From: Orbicella franksi
Taxonomy: Eukaryota
Length of the DNA stretch: 64,000 bases
NCBI GenBank assembly: GCA_964199315.1
Contig: OZ116700.1
Location: forward strand, 2,728,001-2,792,000
Direction: 5' to 3'
This document shows, one piece after another, positions 9,969-24,900 of the stretch. How positions within the stretch are numbered: position 1 is the first letter of the stretch; the number at the start of each line of letters is the position of its first letter. A program made the position numbers and the translations under genes. The notes beneath the pieces were generated by a model that ran no database searches, had not been told where the DNA came from, and saw only the letters and a list, made by a program, of their open reading frames with translations.

Positions 9969-12900
9969 ATGTTTGAGTCTCTCGTTGCCTCGATTCTAAA
10001 TGGAATTCTTGGAAAATACATTAAGGATTTGGACAGCTCGAATCTCAATCTTGGGATTTTAAAAGGTGAGAAAACATATGATTTATATCGAATACGCTCA
10101 TCAAGTACAAATAAAACAAGTTAAGTATTTATTTAAGTATCTAAAATAGACTCCTTTTGGTAAAGTAATCTTAAGAAGCAATTGCGGAAATAAGCGCTCT
10201 CACTTGCCACCCATGCCAAGGAAGATACTGTACAGACGCTCACATTAGATAGTGGTTTTAATAGCGGGTCATTCGGTCTTGGAAAAGGCTTAAACATAAG
10301 GACAGCTTTGAATTAAAGCTTCATTTAATTAACAGTCGTGATCGCGGTAGGTACTTGACAATTATGCAGTATCTGTTTGTATTTTACCTTATTATACGCA
10401 TATTTTAGCGCGCGTGACTCCTGACTGGTATTGCGTTACATGTTATTTCTTCCTGTGCCATAAATAATAAACTCGTGTCGTTTGTCTATTGCTTATGTCG
10501 AACCGTGCTGATTGCTTTTAGGTTGATAACCTTCTAATATATTGTTATTAGTTTTTATCTAGTGAAGCTTCTACATGTCAAGGATTTGTCTTTTAGTTTT
10601 CCCAATTTTCATTTAGCACAGTGTTGTCTGTGTGTCTGGGCCTGTTGACACCTGCTATGTGCCTGACAAGTACATGTATATTCATGAAAGGGAATGTGGC
10701 GAGGGGTTGAATGATGAGGGTTTCCAAGGGGTTTTGGAGGACAAGGGAGCATGATCATATTGTAATACTATTAATAATAATATTAATACTAAGTTTAATA
10801 GTTTGTCTCCTATAAAGCATGATGGTCCACTGTGATTGGTTGGTTTTCAACAGCTGTGATTGTGCAGTTCCAGAAAATATCCATACTCCCCCTACAGATG
10901 GGATTGGAATTTCCTGGGGGGTGAGGGGTTCTGGAAGACCATAAAATTTAAAGAAATGCATGAAGCTTAGCGGGAATTTCTAGAAAGATGGTGGTGGTGA
11001 GGAGAGGGGGGGGGGTTCTTAGAAAAAAACCCTTCGATGGGGGAGGTATTCATATTTTCTGGAACTACACATTACTGCATTATGGTCCTCGTTGTTTTGG
11101 TGAGTTGTTCCTTCGCTGGTCTGTTGTTGAATGGCTTTCCTGTCGTCTCTGAGCCACTCTCTTAATGGAGCATTCTGCTTTATAGGTGATGTTTAACCAG
11201 TTGACTTCATCATCTGATGAAGACTCGAACAGTACGCTGAGGAAATGCTGTGATCTACATGCTGCCTAATACTTTTAGAACTTCCAGGAAAAATGATTAC
11301 TGAACTTGGAAAGGCAGGATTCAAATAAACCCAACTTTCAGGCTTGCCCTAATTGGGCAATCTGTGGACTAATCTTACATTTTACTTCGCTACTAGAGGG
11401 CTATTAGTAATAGCTCTCTAGTAGTGAAAGTGGCACAATCAAGTGTGGGGCTTTCTTTTGTTTTATTCCCAAATAAATATTTCTTCAACTAGCGTTTGCT
11501 AACTTTATTATTGCCTTTTCTGTCCGACTAGTTGGGTGATACTAAAACAATTAGACCCTTCGCCTTCAAGGGCCACGGGTCAATAGCCCATTTGGCTTCG
11601 CCTCATGGGCTATTGACCCGTAACCCTTCCAGGCTACGGGTCTAATTGTTAACTAGCATAAAAGTCATTCTTATTAATTAGCCCCCTAAAATTTCATGTC
11701 TCATAGCTAGTATTTCTATAATTTGAATTTTCTAAAAAAAAAATGCCAAGAAGACTTCACTTGCCTGTCTGGCAAGTAAAGAACAGGATCCACTAACCAA
11801 ACTGCAAAATACACTGTTTAGCCGTGGGCTATCTGACACAACTTAATTCTTTACATGCATGCTGTAACTCAAATGGTCAGTCCCTTGTCACCTTGTGATG
11901 AAAAGACTGTTGCAATGATGATAGTGACAAAACAAATTTCTCCTTTTGTAGGAAATGTTATTCTTACAGATCTTGAATTGAGAGATGATGCATTGGTAAG
12001 TTTTTAATGAAGATGTTACAAATAGTTTACATTTTAGGAGCTAGCTAGTGTACACTAACTGGATAAATTATACTTCTTGTTGGATTGGATGTTAGTCCAT
12101 CATAGGGCTTTAAAAATTTAATTTAAAAAGGTAAATTCTGTATACAAGCCAAATGGCTTATCAGGCTGGAGCTTTAAATAGATCCCGGTTTCTCAGTAGC
12201 ATGGAGCGACTAGGAGTATTTCAATCTACTCCCCCGGCCCCTAAATGGGATGCTAGCCCATCAAAAGGTTAACCCAGCATTAAATTCGTTGGTACTGGTT
12301 TATGCACCTGGGTGGAGAGAGGCACTGTGAGAGTAAAGTGCTGTACCCAACAACACAACACAATGTCCCTGGCCAGGGCTTGAACCCCGACTGCTCGATC
12401 CGGGATTGAGTGCACTTACCATCAGACCACTATGCCTCCCTTACAGGGTTTAACTCCTAGCATTTATAACTTCGTCGTAATCCATTTATACACCTGGGTG
12501 GGGAGGGCCACTGTGAGAGTAAAACATCTTGTCCAAGTACAAATGTACATCAGTTGAACCCAATGACTCCTATCAGGGCTAGATGAACCTAGACTGCTTG
12601 AGGCAAGCGCACTAACCATTTGGCCAGTGCACCTCCCAGGCAGGGTAGATTCCTTGTGAGGGGTCATTGATTTTTCTACCTCAGATAATTGCCCTCAGGC
12701 CGTACGTTGCTCTTGACGTTAAGAACTTGTTCATGAAGTTTCATGCATTTACATGTACCTGTGGGATGTCATTCATACTGTCGGCTGACATGTTATAGAA
12801 TGATAATTATTATACTACTGACCATGCATTTATTTATTAATTCCTTCCTCACTGCATGATAATTTATTATGTTGCGGACTGTTGTTTTCAAGGATGGTTT

Positions 12901-15900
12901 TCATCTTCCAGTGGAGGTGACCCATGGTTATGTTGGTAAGTTCCTCTACGCCCGATCAAAGTTGTATCCATAAGGTGATTCCTCAGAAATAAAAATTGCT
13001 GAACAACTTTTTTGAAATTTTCCCTGAATGTTCCCTACCAGGCACTGTATCGAAAAAATTGGGCCAATCTTACCCCTTTTAATTGCCTAATCACACATGT
13101 TATTTCATCAGTTGAACTGAACAACCCTAAAATAGCATGAAGTAACTAACATTTTGAACATTGACCAATTCCTTCGAATACCCACTGCTCATATAGTTTG
13201 GTCTGTCTCTCTGTGTTTGCACATCATTTACTTGTCTCTTTCATTCCCTTAGTCATATTTTGTTTTGCACATAGAAGGCAGGGGAATAACTCGAAAATTG
13301 CAAGTTTCATTCCACATATTGCCTAGTTAAGTGTCAGCTACAGTAGTTACATATAATTAATTTAATATGTGTTTATAAACCAACACCCGGGACTCTTTCA
13401 AATTACAGGCAAAATATCTTTGACAATTCCATGGACCGACCTCTATTCTCAACCATTTGACATAATAGTCCATGATGTGTATTTGATGGCAGGACCAATA
13501 CGAGGTAAGGTGATAAGTCTGCAGTAGCCTACTTGATGCAGTAAGTCAAATGACATTAAAACCAGAATGACATTATAAATATAATTAAAAATAAATAATA
13601 AATATAATTAAAAATAAATAATAAATATAATTAGAAATATAAAAATGACATTAAAAACAGAAAGATCTTGGCAAACTACCCTACAATTTCAACGTGTTTT
13701 TAATTTTGACAACTGGACTTTAAAAATTTCAATAAAAGTTTACATCAATTTAGTATCATTTAATAATTAATTTATTGGTTCTGTACTGTTACCCATTTGG
13801 TTTATCCATTGGTTTCCAAACAGTGTAAATCCTTTAAATTGTAATACATAATGTCTGTTTTTTTCATAGACAGAACATATGACCCAGAGAGAGCAGAAGC
13901 ATCTGAAATTGCAGCAAAACGGAAACGACTTTCTCAAATTGAACAGAGAATGGAAAAAACAGACAGCAATGCATCTGAAGGTTAGCAGAGACTGATAAAA
14001 ATAAATCACTATGAGTATTATGTTGGAATTTGCTTATGAAGCAGTAATATACAGTATATATGTCATTTCATTATATCACAAACAGATTGCAGAAAATTTT
14101 TGGTATTTTTTTTTCAAAAATGGGAAGTATAATTGTTTTTTTTTCCACTGAAGTTATTGTTAATCACTAAACAGGTGACTCAAGAAATTCACTTGGCAGA
14201 TCTGTTTAACATTTCCCCAGGTGGGAGGGTAGGGGGGTACTCTGCAAAGTTCTAAATGTGGAGGGCCTGCCCCGACATTCTGCCTGTTAGTTTTTTGTAT
14301 ACCATTTTGCCAGAAAAGGTACCTTTTTTGTATACCTTTATTTGAAAAAAGCTACCCCTTTGACATACTTTCATAACTGGCCCGTATTATGAATAAATCA
14401 CTGAAATGGAAGTCTTCTTGTCATTTTCATGTAGTGTCTAATAATTGAAATGATACAGCCATAAGATGCCTCTGTTTGGAATATATTAATTTAAGGCCCA
14501 GTTGAAAATAACTAAACGTCAGATTCCCCTGCCCTTTCATGTACCTGGACTTGTGAAAGCCCTACCCTTTTATATACCTGAAGACTGAAAATGATACCAC
14601 TTTCGGGCAGAGCCTTCCCGTATAGGCCATTATAGGAAGTTAACCCCCTGGAACACTGACCCATAAGGGACAGTAGTTAATTATGTTGCATTTTATTTAG
14701 AAGAGACAAAAGATGTTGCAGATGGTTCAGATTCCTTTGTTGACAAACTTGTTGCACAAGTGGTAAAGAACTTAAAGGCAAGTGAAAATTGCATACCAGG
14801 TTATCACGGTGAATTAATTCATACTCTTACACAGTTCTCAACTGCAGACGTATGAAAATGAAATACTATTTCAGGTGAATAGTGCAATTAGCTTACAGCT
14901 CTCTATTTGTTAATGTTGCATTATAGATATCAGTGAAGAACATTCACTTTCGCTATGAAGATAAGGTATGTAAAATAACCGCTGTATAATAACCCTTGAA
15001 TGTATTTAGTTGGGAGGACATTCAGGTGTTAAAAGGTGGCCATAATAACAAGGTGACCGTAAGGTGGGGCTCCACTGTACTACTTATTTATTACTTACTT
15101 ATGCATGCAGCTGGTCAAGGGACCTTCGATATTTGGGGTCATCCCCTTTGGCATTTCCCAGCTGTCCTTGAGGTGTATTTGAGGCTACGCCTGGCTAGCT
15201 GTCCAGTCTCCTACCATGTAGAATTTATTTCAAGCTAGTGCACTCGAGGACTTTTAGTCAGACTTATTAGTGTCAACCTTTTTATGACAGATAACGTCTC
15301 CAGATGCTCCATTTGCTGTGGGTTTTACTCTTCAGAATCTCTCTGCAGAGGTATGTTTAAAGATCGTAACTGCAATGTATTCCAAAATGATACTGCCGAT
15401 CTCATCCATATCCTAAGTAGTTAGATTTACAATAACTCTATTCCTGTGTTCAGTTCTAAAGAAGTGATGAATAAGAGTTTGAATCACCTTTTTGACATAC
15501 TGATGTAGTAAGATGCGCTAACAGCACAAATTGATTGCTTGTGCCCGAGCACTGGTGCCTGGGCAGTGGCACAAAATAGTGCTGCGTTCAGACACTGGGT
15601 TCTCCAAGAACATATATATACCCAAGCAACATTTGGTGCCAGAATACAAGGTCGAGAACTTGTGTACACCCTTACACGGCATTGTGCCTGAATTGTGGCG
15701 TGAGTATTGGAAAAAAGGTTTCTTTCTTAGCAATGACCGTTGAGAATCGTACTCCGGCACCTAGTGTCAATTATTAGGTCTCTGCACTAAGTTCTGCTCA
15801 ATTCATTTTTTTCAGACGACAAATGAATTATGGCAGGAGTGTGTTGTAGATGCATCAGTCAAGACCGTTTACAAGGTATTAAAGCGTCCCATTTGGGGAG

Positions 15901-18900
15901 GACGTTATCGATAGTGTTACAAAGAATCACAAATGAGGATTTTTACTGGACTGAGAGCGTACCAGTTTGTCCCAAATGTCATTGCTTTGCACTCAGAACA
16001 ATGACGATTATTTTCTCAGGATCTCAAAGCATGGTATTGGCCAAAATGTGATCACAGGCCGCAATGCATACGCAGTTTACGTTGGTCAATGATTCCAACA
16101 AAATGTTATTGTTATTTTTTAACAAATTGTAAGAGATAAAGCCTCTTTGAACTAACAAGTTCTGTATACCAAAGGTTCCAGCAGCTGATAATACTACATG
16201 TAAATGCTGTTAATTTACAGATAGTTAGTCTTGATTGCCTGTCAGTATACTGGAACACCAATCTGACCTCAGCCCAGTTTTTTGGATCTCAGAGTTCTTG
16301 GAAGGTAAAAAAAAAAAAAAAAGTATATAACGTTATATGAAACGATTTCTTCTTAGATTGCTATATTCTAAGTTGATGTTGTCACTTAGCTGTTTTTGAA
16401 CTAGTAGCGATTGTCCAAACTTGTTACGAATTGTGATTCTGTCATTATTTTTTCAGGATCTAATGAGTCACGGTGTTTCAAGCAAAGGAAGCACTCCATC
16501 TGATTATGAATTCGGTACGTACCATTAAAATGGGTCGAGAAAGCATGGTTTATCATAGGCTGCGTTGCGGGCGTAAACGGGGAAGGGGTAGAGAGGCAAA
16601 AATTAAAACATCCGTTCATCCGCGCTTTGCCTCCTCATGCTCCGTTTTTTTTTAACGCCTACTACGCAGGCTAGGTTTATCAATCTAAGTTTAAATGTTA
16701 AGATCTATTTGTAAAAAATTATTTCCAGCACTGGTATCCTCAATGATTGTGTTGATTATTTTGTCCCAATAGTTTTGAAGCCTTTGTCTGCAGAATGCCA
16801 CGTGGTTATGGACCAGTCATCAGATATAGTGTTTGATACACCAAAGGTAAAACTTTGTACAATTTCAAATTCCGTTTTACTAGGTTATTACGTATACAGT
16901 CATTTAGCTGGCACTGTATTTATATTGTTGGGCACTGGATAGAGTTGAAGATCTTTTTTGAACCTAATGGAAAGAAAACGTCCTGTGGTAAATCCAGTTT
17001 TGAACAGACCGTTTTAATTACCGTTAGTACATTGCTTTGTGATTAGTTTTTCTCCCCCTTCTCTGAAATCAGTGTTGCGTGGGTCTGAATTAAACTAAGC
17101 CTTTAATAACTTAAGGTAACTAAACAAACACAGTAATAACGCCACACACTTTGTGCACACGCTGGACTGGGCTGTAGGCATTAGGACCTTCAAATAAACG
17201 TTTTATCGACCATCGTAGCTGTAAATTCCAATTTGAGCAATTGTAAATTAAGGCCGCACTGCTCTACCAACTGAGCTATGAAGACCCATACATAGGAAGC
17301 AGTCCAATCTGTTGAGTTCATCTTAATCAGAAAGGAATGAAATAGAGAATGAGAATGATGTAAATCGCAGAAATACAAATCAGTGTAATGAAGATGTGTT
17401 GAACTTCTTATATCACTTAGTACTTGGCGTTGTTACTATAAACTGTATTTGCGTTTTCAGCTTTTAATTGAAGTATTGCAGCAGGAACTGTTGTTGGCGC
17501 TCTCCCAGAACCAGGTTAGTAGACGGAACTTGGAGAGAAAGAATGCAAGACATTGACAATGTCTTTTATTGTTTTAACCAGGCGAGCAATGATGGCAGTT
17601 TAACTTAACCCGGCTCTTAGGACTGGACTACAGTACTACCGCTGTAATTCATTTGTTCACGAGCCCTCAGTCTTCTTGTTCTGCACAAGACCAAATTGTT
17701 GCTCTAAAGTTGTACATTTTTTTTTGTGCACTTTACAGTAGTTTTCCAAGATAAGACTACGAAACCTTTTGGTTCACTGTAAAGCTTTACTGTAGATGTT
17801 GTACGAAAATACCTTTGTGTATATTGAGCAAGTATCAGTCAGTGAGTAATTGTTTTGAGTATAGCATAATGCCTATAAAACAAACTAGCTGCTTGCATTG
17901 CATTTACATTCGTATTTACATTGTATTTACATTGTTTTTACATTGTATCTGTACGTATCTTTTCCTCTTTGTGTTGCTTGACGTAGTTTCATAACGTGAT
18001 GGATTTGATTGAATCGTTTGAGCTGATGGCCGTCAATCAACCGTATCAGAAATATCGACCAACAATACCAGTGCGAGTGGAGCCAGCTGCATGGTAAACG
18101 TGAACATAGTTGTAAAAGTAGAGTTATCTGGAGTTATTTTGGCCACGTACAAAAACTGCCTTAAAATTGAAGGAAACCTAAAACTAGCAGTTTACAAAGA
18201 TAGAAAAACGCCAAAGAGATTATAGTAAACCATAAAGGGACAAGGATGGAGAAGATTAACACGGATTGCAAACGACGAACTTGAAATATTTAGGCTAAAC
18301 GTTTCAAGTTCGGAAACCACCTCATTGCTCTTTTAACCCTTCAACATCCAGGAATGAGCCACAGCTATATCAATACACCGTCAATTCACTGACCTTGAGC
18401 CAAAATGACAGTTTACATGTACATTGTGCATATGAGCGGAGATCGTTCTAGCTAAGCAAAGACCTTACATTTTTTTCAAAGTGTCACGTATTTCCTTTTA
18501 ATCCAAAGCAAATTTGATTTAAATTTGCAGGTGGAAATATGCATACACAGCAATTTGTGAGGAGAAAATTAGATGTTGGTCTTGGAGTCGCATAAAAGAA
18601 CACAGGTACACAATAGCAAACCAGAGGTTTTTTCACTGTTGAAGCCAACTGTACGGCTGTTGTACAGTTTGTAATTGGCAAAGTAAACATGTTCTTGTCA
18701 GAGAAACAAACTGGTGAAAACATGATAGTGTGTTTGTCTTTATATAGGAGAAAGTATAAGCTGTACAAAGAACTTTGGGAGAGAAAGTTGAGGGGTTTGA
18801 ACGAAGATGAAGAGTCGACTGTGCTACCCGCAATAAAGGTATAAGAAATTGTTTCTGTACAGAATCTGTGAGTCATCAAAATCGTTTAACTTTACCTTGA

Positions 18901-21900
18901 TCCTCTTTCTTTTAGTCACTGGAGGATAAACTTGATATTCCAAGCATTTTGATTGCAAGAAGGCATGCAGAATTAGAAGTAAGTGTCGAGATAATTTATT
19001 TGTTGCCTGGTCGGAGTGGGTGCTGAAACCTTTTTTTTTATCTTACTAACTCAATCCTTTCAAACATGCAACAATTAAATAAACAACTAAATAATTCAAT
19101 AAACAGGAATTTGTAGTGGGACATCCCACAGACAGGCTCTTCGTCCACTGTTTCCAGATCGAATTGGAATTTAGAGGTTAACTTGAAGTAGCTTGAAGTA
19201 ACTTAACTTCAAGTAATTGTTGTATTCTTTCGACACCAGTTCGACACCAGTTAGAGTTTCAATTAGAATTGAAGACTGCTTTTACGATTTGTTGTAAACA
19301 TAACCATTTTTAATCAGGTTCCTCGCAGCCAATTGTTTAATCCTAGTAAAAGGCGTAAGTCAAATCCCTGGTGGTTATGGCTTGGTATCGGATCTGGGAG
19401 TTCCACTGACTATGAAGGAATCATGAATAAAGAGAAGCAAGGTAAGTGAATCAATGTATTGTGGTGCATTATAACATCACTGGTACTGGACATTGTGCTC
19501 AGAACTTCATCAACAGCTATGCCATTAACGGAGGTTAGCTCACCATTAGATTGAGGCCCGTCCACACTGGAGGAATTTGAAAACGGAGGTTTCACTCTGA
19601 AAACACCGCGTCAAATATTTCCCGTCCACACTGGGAAATTTGAAAACGCGACAATCACCGGTCATTTAGATTTCTGTTTTGAGGAAAACCCAGACAGGGA
19701 AATTACATGATTATCGTGATGTTAAGTTCCTCCGGTGTGAAGAGCGTTTTCGAAAAGCTCCGTTTTCGTGACGGATTAGTGTGGACGGTAGGCCTAAACG
19801 TAGAAATAGAGCTGCGTTTTCAAATTCCTCCTGCGCATTGTGGACTGGGCCTGAATTACCGTTGAGCTGCTGCCGCAACTTTTAAGTGTAGAAAGTAATT
19901 GTTTTCGTAGTTCTTGTCACAACATACTTTGCTAACATGCAGCGATGCTGCTAAAAGTCTGTGAAAGAGAAAAATTAAAACGTTAGGTTTCCAAGATTCT
20001 TCAAATTGGAGTGCGTGTTCGTCGTTACCATTACTAATTATTCCCCCTGGCTGATGTGTTTCACTGAACTTTTTCTTTCCACAAAATAAAGCAAGAGCTA
20101 GTTGAAAGATGCAATCGAAATTTTTGTACAATTTGCGGATTTATTGCAACTATCTTGCGACCTTTGCAGAAGAAAGCGTTTGGTCGAAATTGTCAGTTGC
20201 TGCACTTCCCGCCGAGGAAAAAGAGAAGCTGTATAAAGCTATTGACTACAATGAAAGCGTACGAGTCAAATATCCCACTGAGGTGAGAACATAAATAAAT
20301 AACAAAGTAAGTTTCTTTATTCCAGCTGATAAGATAACCATTCGTTAACCATTCTCGTTGACAGTGTCAGCGGCAGTGACAATATGGTTATGAAAGGAAA
20401 GGTCAAATGTTGACCTATTGAGGAAATGTCGAGGACGTTCTCTGAAGTGACTATAATAGTAAGCTAATATAGTACTGGAGTTTACTTTGAGTTCAAACAA
20501 AATTTAGATCTAAAAAAATTATCCAGATTGACTAGACTGCGAGCAGTCTCTTTCGTTTTCTAGGATACGACGCAAATACGCTAATGCGAAATAACAGAAA
20601 AGCGACAGTCTCATTCCCTCCTCGTTTTTTCTCTAATTTGCATAATTTTAACTTTTCCAGCCTCGCGGAGGATTTCAAGAACAAAAACCGAATACTCGTA
20701 CACTGTAGTCTACAAAATGACTTACATGCAGGGTATTTTAAACTATTAATGGTTCTCTTTAGGCGTCAGTAGAGTTTATATCTTTTCATTGCAGTTCATA
20801 AAGTCAAGAATAACATTCAACCTTGATAGATGTACCTTAGTGCTCTGTGACACGAAGAACAGGTGAGTCACATCCTACGCATCTTTTAATGTTTGCAACA
20901 TTTCTTTATCAGAGCCATGTAATTAGTTAAAATTTTAACTTGTTGTATTGACATGACGTTGCAGTGAAATAGCTCAGCTTGACACAGAAGGATTTGAGGC
21001 AGCTTTAGAGCACAGACCAGCTCAGAGCGCTTTTCGGTAAGCAAGCTTAAGAACATACAGTATCTTAGGTAAAGGTGTTGTTAAACTTAATCAAGCTCAT
21101 CTAACCTAGTTATCAACATGTCAAGATCTTGAGTATAAATTATATAGTTCTTCTGGAGCTTTCATTGACAACATCTTGGCAATCCCGCGTCCTAAATAGA
21201 GGGACTGAGATGTCAAAAGCATATTGGTGCGGTTCTTCTAAGGTCGCAGAGATGTCACCAATCCCCTTGGGGTCCCCGAGATCTCAGGAAACATTTTCTT
21301 CAGGCACACCAACAAAGTAGCTGCGTACTTGCTCAAAAGTGTAATAAATACTAGAACGGTATCGTAAGTACAGTGGAACCCCGTTAACACGGTCACCAGA
21401 GGGCCACAAAAATCTGGCCATATTAAAGGAGCTCAACCACGGTTTGCACATATTGAAAAGTTTAGCCTCACTTTTTCAAATTCGTCGTTTGTAATCCGCG
21501 TTAATCTTCTCCATCCTTAGCCATCCTTGTTCCTTTATGGTTTATCATTATCTCTTTGGTGTTTTTCTATCTTATTAAACTGTTATTTTCAGGTTTTCTA
21601 CCATTTAAAGGTAATTTTGTATGTGGCCAAAATAACTCAGAATACCGTGACTGAGCTCCTTTAACGGGGTGACCGTATTAAAGGGGCTCTTTAAATAAGA
21701 CTATGACTGACTGAGCTTTAGTTCGGGCCAGATTAAAATGGCCGTAATAACAAGGTGGCCGTATTAACGGGGTGGTCGTAAGGCGGGGTTCCACTGTAGC
21801 TTGTCTCGGAGTAGATCGTTCTGATGTCGTAATTTACATAGAAAAATTCCACGATTGCATTACTTGTGACATTGTGATTTGGTTAATAGGTTTCATGCCA

Positions 21901-24900
21901 AGATTAACAGATTCAAGATGCTTGGTTCTTCAGAAGAGGATAACGAAAACAAACAGTGTCTAGTTTCATCCAAAAATTCTCTTAACAGTGAGTGTGAATG
22001 TTCATGGCAGCATTTTACCACCTCTTTGTTTCGATTTTCCTTGGAAATTATGAAATATTCATTTCCTCTTGAATTTTAGGGCAGTTGACAGCTTTAGTAG
22101 AGTGTACTTTAGAAACTAAGCCTCTGGAACGAAATGCAGATTATGCAGTTTCCTTGAAAGTGGAACCGGTTGAGATGATCTATGATTCGGTAAGTTACAT
22201 ATGGAAATGTGTCCGCCATCTTTTGAAGTTTTACCTCTGCTTTTTGCAGTGTTGTATTTTGTATGGAATCTGAAACCGCCTATTAGTCATGCAGACTTTA
22301 CTTGTAGCTCATGCTTGTTGTTATTGAATATACCTTTTTTTGATATTCTTGGTATTGGACTAGAGTTAAATTGCAATAGAAGCTCATGAGGAGGAAGATC
22401 GCTAAAAAGAGATTAATGTGATTTGCTTTTGAATAGACTCCCCTTATAGCCGCAATTGTAAGCTAGTTCCAGCTCATTTTTGGAATGTGAACCTGTCACT
22501 GAGACGCATTTGCCATTATACATGTACTGTTATGACTGGAGGAAGGTTTCAAATCTTAAACATGTTTTGTGTAGTTTTCTTATTGCTAGCGAGTCACAAA
22601 ACCAAGTTACCTTTTCTTGCATGTAGTCTTGAAGACAAAAAAATGTATTGTCTGTCATCTACTTTGTACTTTTCCAAACAGCACACCATTGATAAGATTG
22701 TCGCATTCTTCCACATGCCAGAAAACACCAAGCTTCAAGAGTAAGTGAACGTTGTTTTTTCTTACACAGGCCTTATACTGTTAGTAATAGAGGCCATCGG
22801 CATAGAAGCCTGAGAACACTTTCAGTTCCATTAAGTTTCATTTGTCCAACTGCACGCTTGAAGTTCAGGGTGTCTTTCCTGTCTGTGATCGTGGTTTATT
22901 TTCTTAACATTTTCAGTCGTGTAGTCAATCTTACTCGGAACCGTACTGCCCGCACGGAGTGGGACCTCCGACCACTTGGTCTGAACCGTCAAGTTCTTGG
23001 GCCGATATTCCGCCAGTACGGCCCTTGCACTTGGATAATAAGGACCTGATTACATGGTGAATTTCTGCGTGGGCTGAAATTTCAGCCCAGCTAGCGGGGC
23101 TGAAATTTTGTTGCGATTTATACGTGACAAATTTCAGCCCGGGCTGACATACTGTTTCGTAGAAAACAAAATCACTGCATAAGTCCAAGCTCGCTTTTCT
23201 GCCCGGGCTGAAATTCCGTTTCCATTGGATGGGATATTTTTCAAATCCTAGCTCGGTTTTTCAAATAGGGCTAGGCTTTTCAGCCCGAGCTGAATTGCGG
23301 TCCGGGCTGAATCCTTCTCCATGTAATCTCCGATTTGAGTTTTAAGAAGATTTGTTTCAGAAGCCGGGCTGAAATTCGCCATGTGATCAGGCCCTAAGAT
23401 ATAACTGATTTAATGCTTAATCCTGTGACTTAAGGCTTGAGGTGGCAGCGGCGAACAAGCTGCAGGAACTGAGGATGTGGACCAGAGCAGGGTTAGAGTA
23501 TGCAATTACTCAGCATGAGGTTAGACATTAAATTGAGCTGCTTGCTTAGGTTATCGGAATGATCAATTGATTCTTACTGATAACTGATACAAATTTATTA
23601 AGTATGGTAAATATTGTCATGTAAAGTAATGAGGTACTGAGTTAAATTAAACCACACGATGTAGTCCTCAGGAAAACAAACTTGTTTTTGCAAACTTGTG
23701 CGTATTTTCATTAACATTTATTGCGCATGACATTAAATACAAATTTTGGAATTCTCATTTTTTTAAGGTCACATATCTTGACTTGGATGTGAGGTCACCC
23801 TTTGTTGTGATTCCTGAATATGGAACCTTGCAAAGGCATGTATATTAAGTAATATATCAAATAGGAGAGACCATCCTTTACCACATTTCCAAACACCGAG
23901 AAGAGAGTTAAGTAGTGGAGAACTTCGAGGTGCTTGGAAATGTGGTAAAACTCTTTTTCGATTGATGTATCTTCTCAGTCGAAACTAAACTAAGGAGAAA
24001 ACAGAGAGAAAAAATGGTTAGAATCTATGCTAATTAAGGCACCGCCACGTAATTTTAACAGCTGTCAAAATTCTGCATTGTTAGCAGCAATCAACTGATT
24101 TAATTGTAAATCGACATTGTAATAAAATTACCTTCACTACACGGTACATTTTTTTTTGTCCATATCAAGCAGAAATAACATACGTATTGATTGGTGTTAT
24201 GTTTTTATATGTTGTTGTTTTTTTTTATGTTTGTATTTTTAGGGATGGCAGTGTCTTGGTAGTTGACTTGGGACATCTCAAAGTTGTCAGTAACTTGGCC
24301 TCTCGGGACACAAGTGTTCGAGTAATTGTTTCAACAAATTATATTAATACACAAAATAAAATATAATTGACGTTGACCAGACTGTGCAATAATACTTAAA
24401 CAACGAAACTTTATTTATGTACGATTTTGATATAGTCCATTCGACTTTCCTACGAAAACGGAGAACTCCAAATTTTAATTTACTTTTGTTACTGATGGTT
24501 TTCAAATAAACTGTAATTACTGAGATGAGCACTGACTTATAGATGACATTACTGCTTCTTTTAGAAAGTGTCCGATCACGAGCTGGAGGAAATGTTCTAT
24601 GACAAGTTCGATTTGACTTTGGATGATGTTCAAGTTATGATTTTTGACAAGAGTAAGTCATTGACACTTTGTTTGAGTTACTTGTTACGTTACAATTTTT
24701 CGTCAGTGTCCTGAGATTCTATAATTTGTTTTTGAAGGTTTGAATTGGAAGTCAGTGCAAGGCATTTCCAGTTCACCTCACCACATTCTGCCATCAACGG
24801 CCTTAAATCTGCAGTTACAAAAGAGCATAACAACTGATAACCTTGAACTGCCAGAGTAAGTAAACTATTCCTCTTTTTGCAAAACTCAAGTACTATGAAA

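Noticed and set aside
15525-15743. Protein-like intronic ORF (PGQWHKIVLRS..) as an alternative VPS13 exon
   Set aside because: The host intron is phase 0-0 but the best donors (15699 and later) give phase 1; no recognisable homology. A TE relic is possible.
23836-23845. GT donor at 23840 instead of GC donor
   Set aside because: Gives phase 0 and a stop (GGA TGG CAG TGT CTT GGT AGT TGA) in the next exon.
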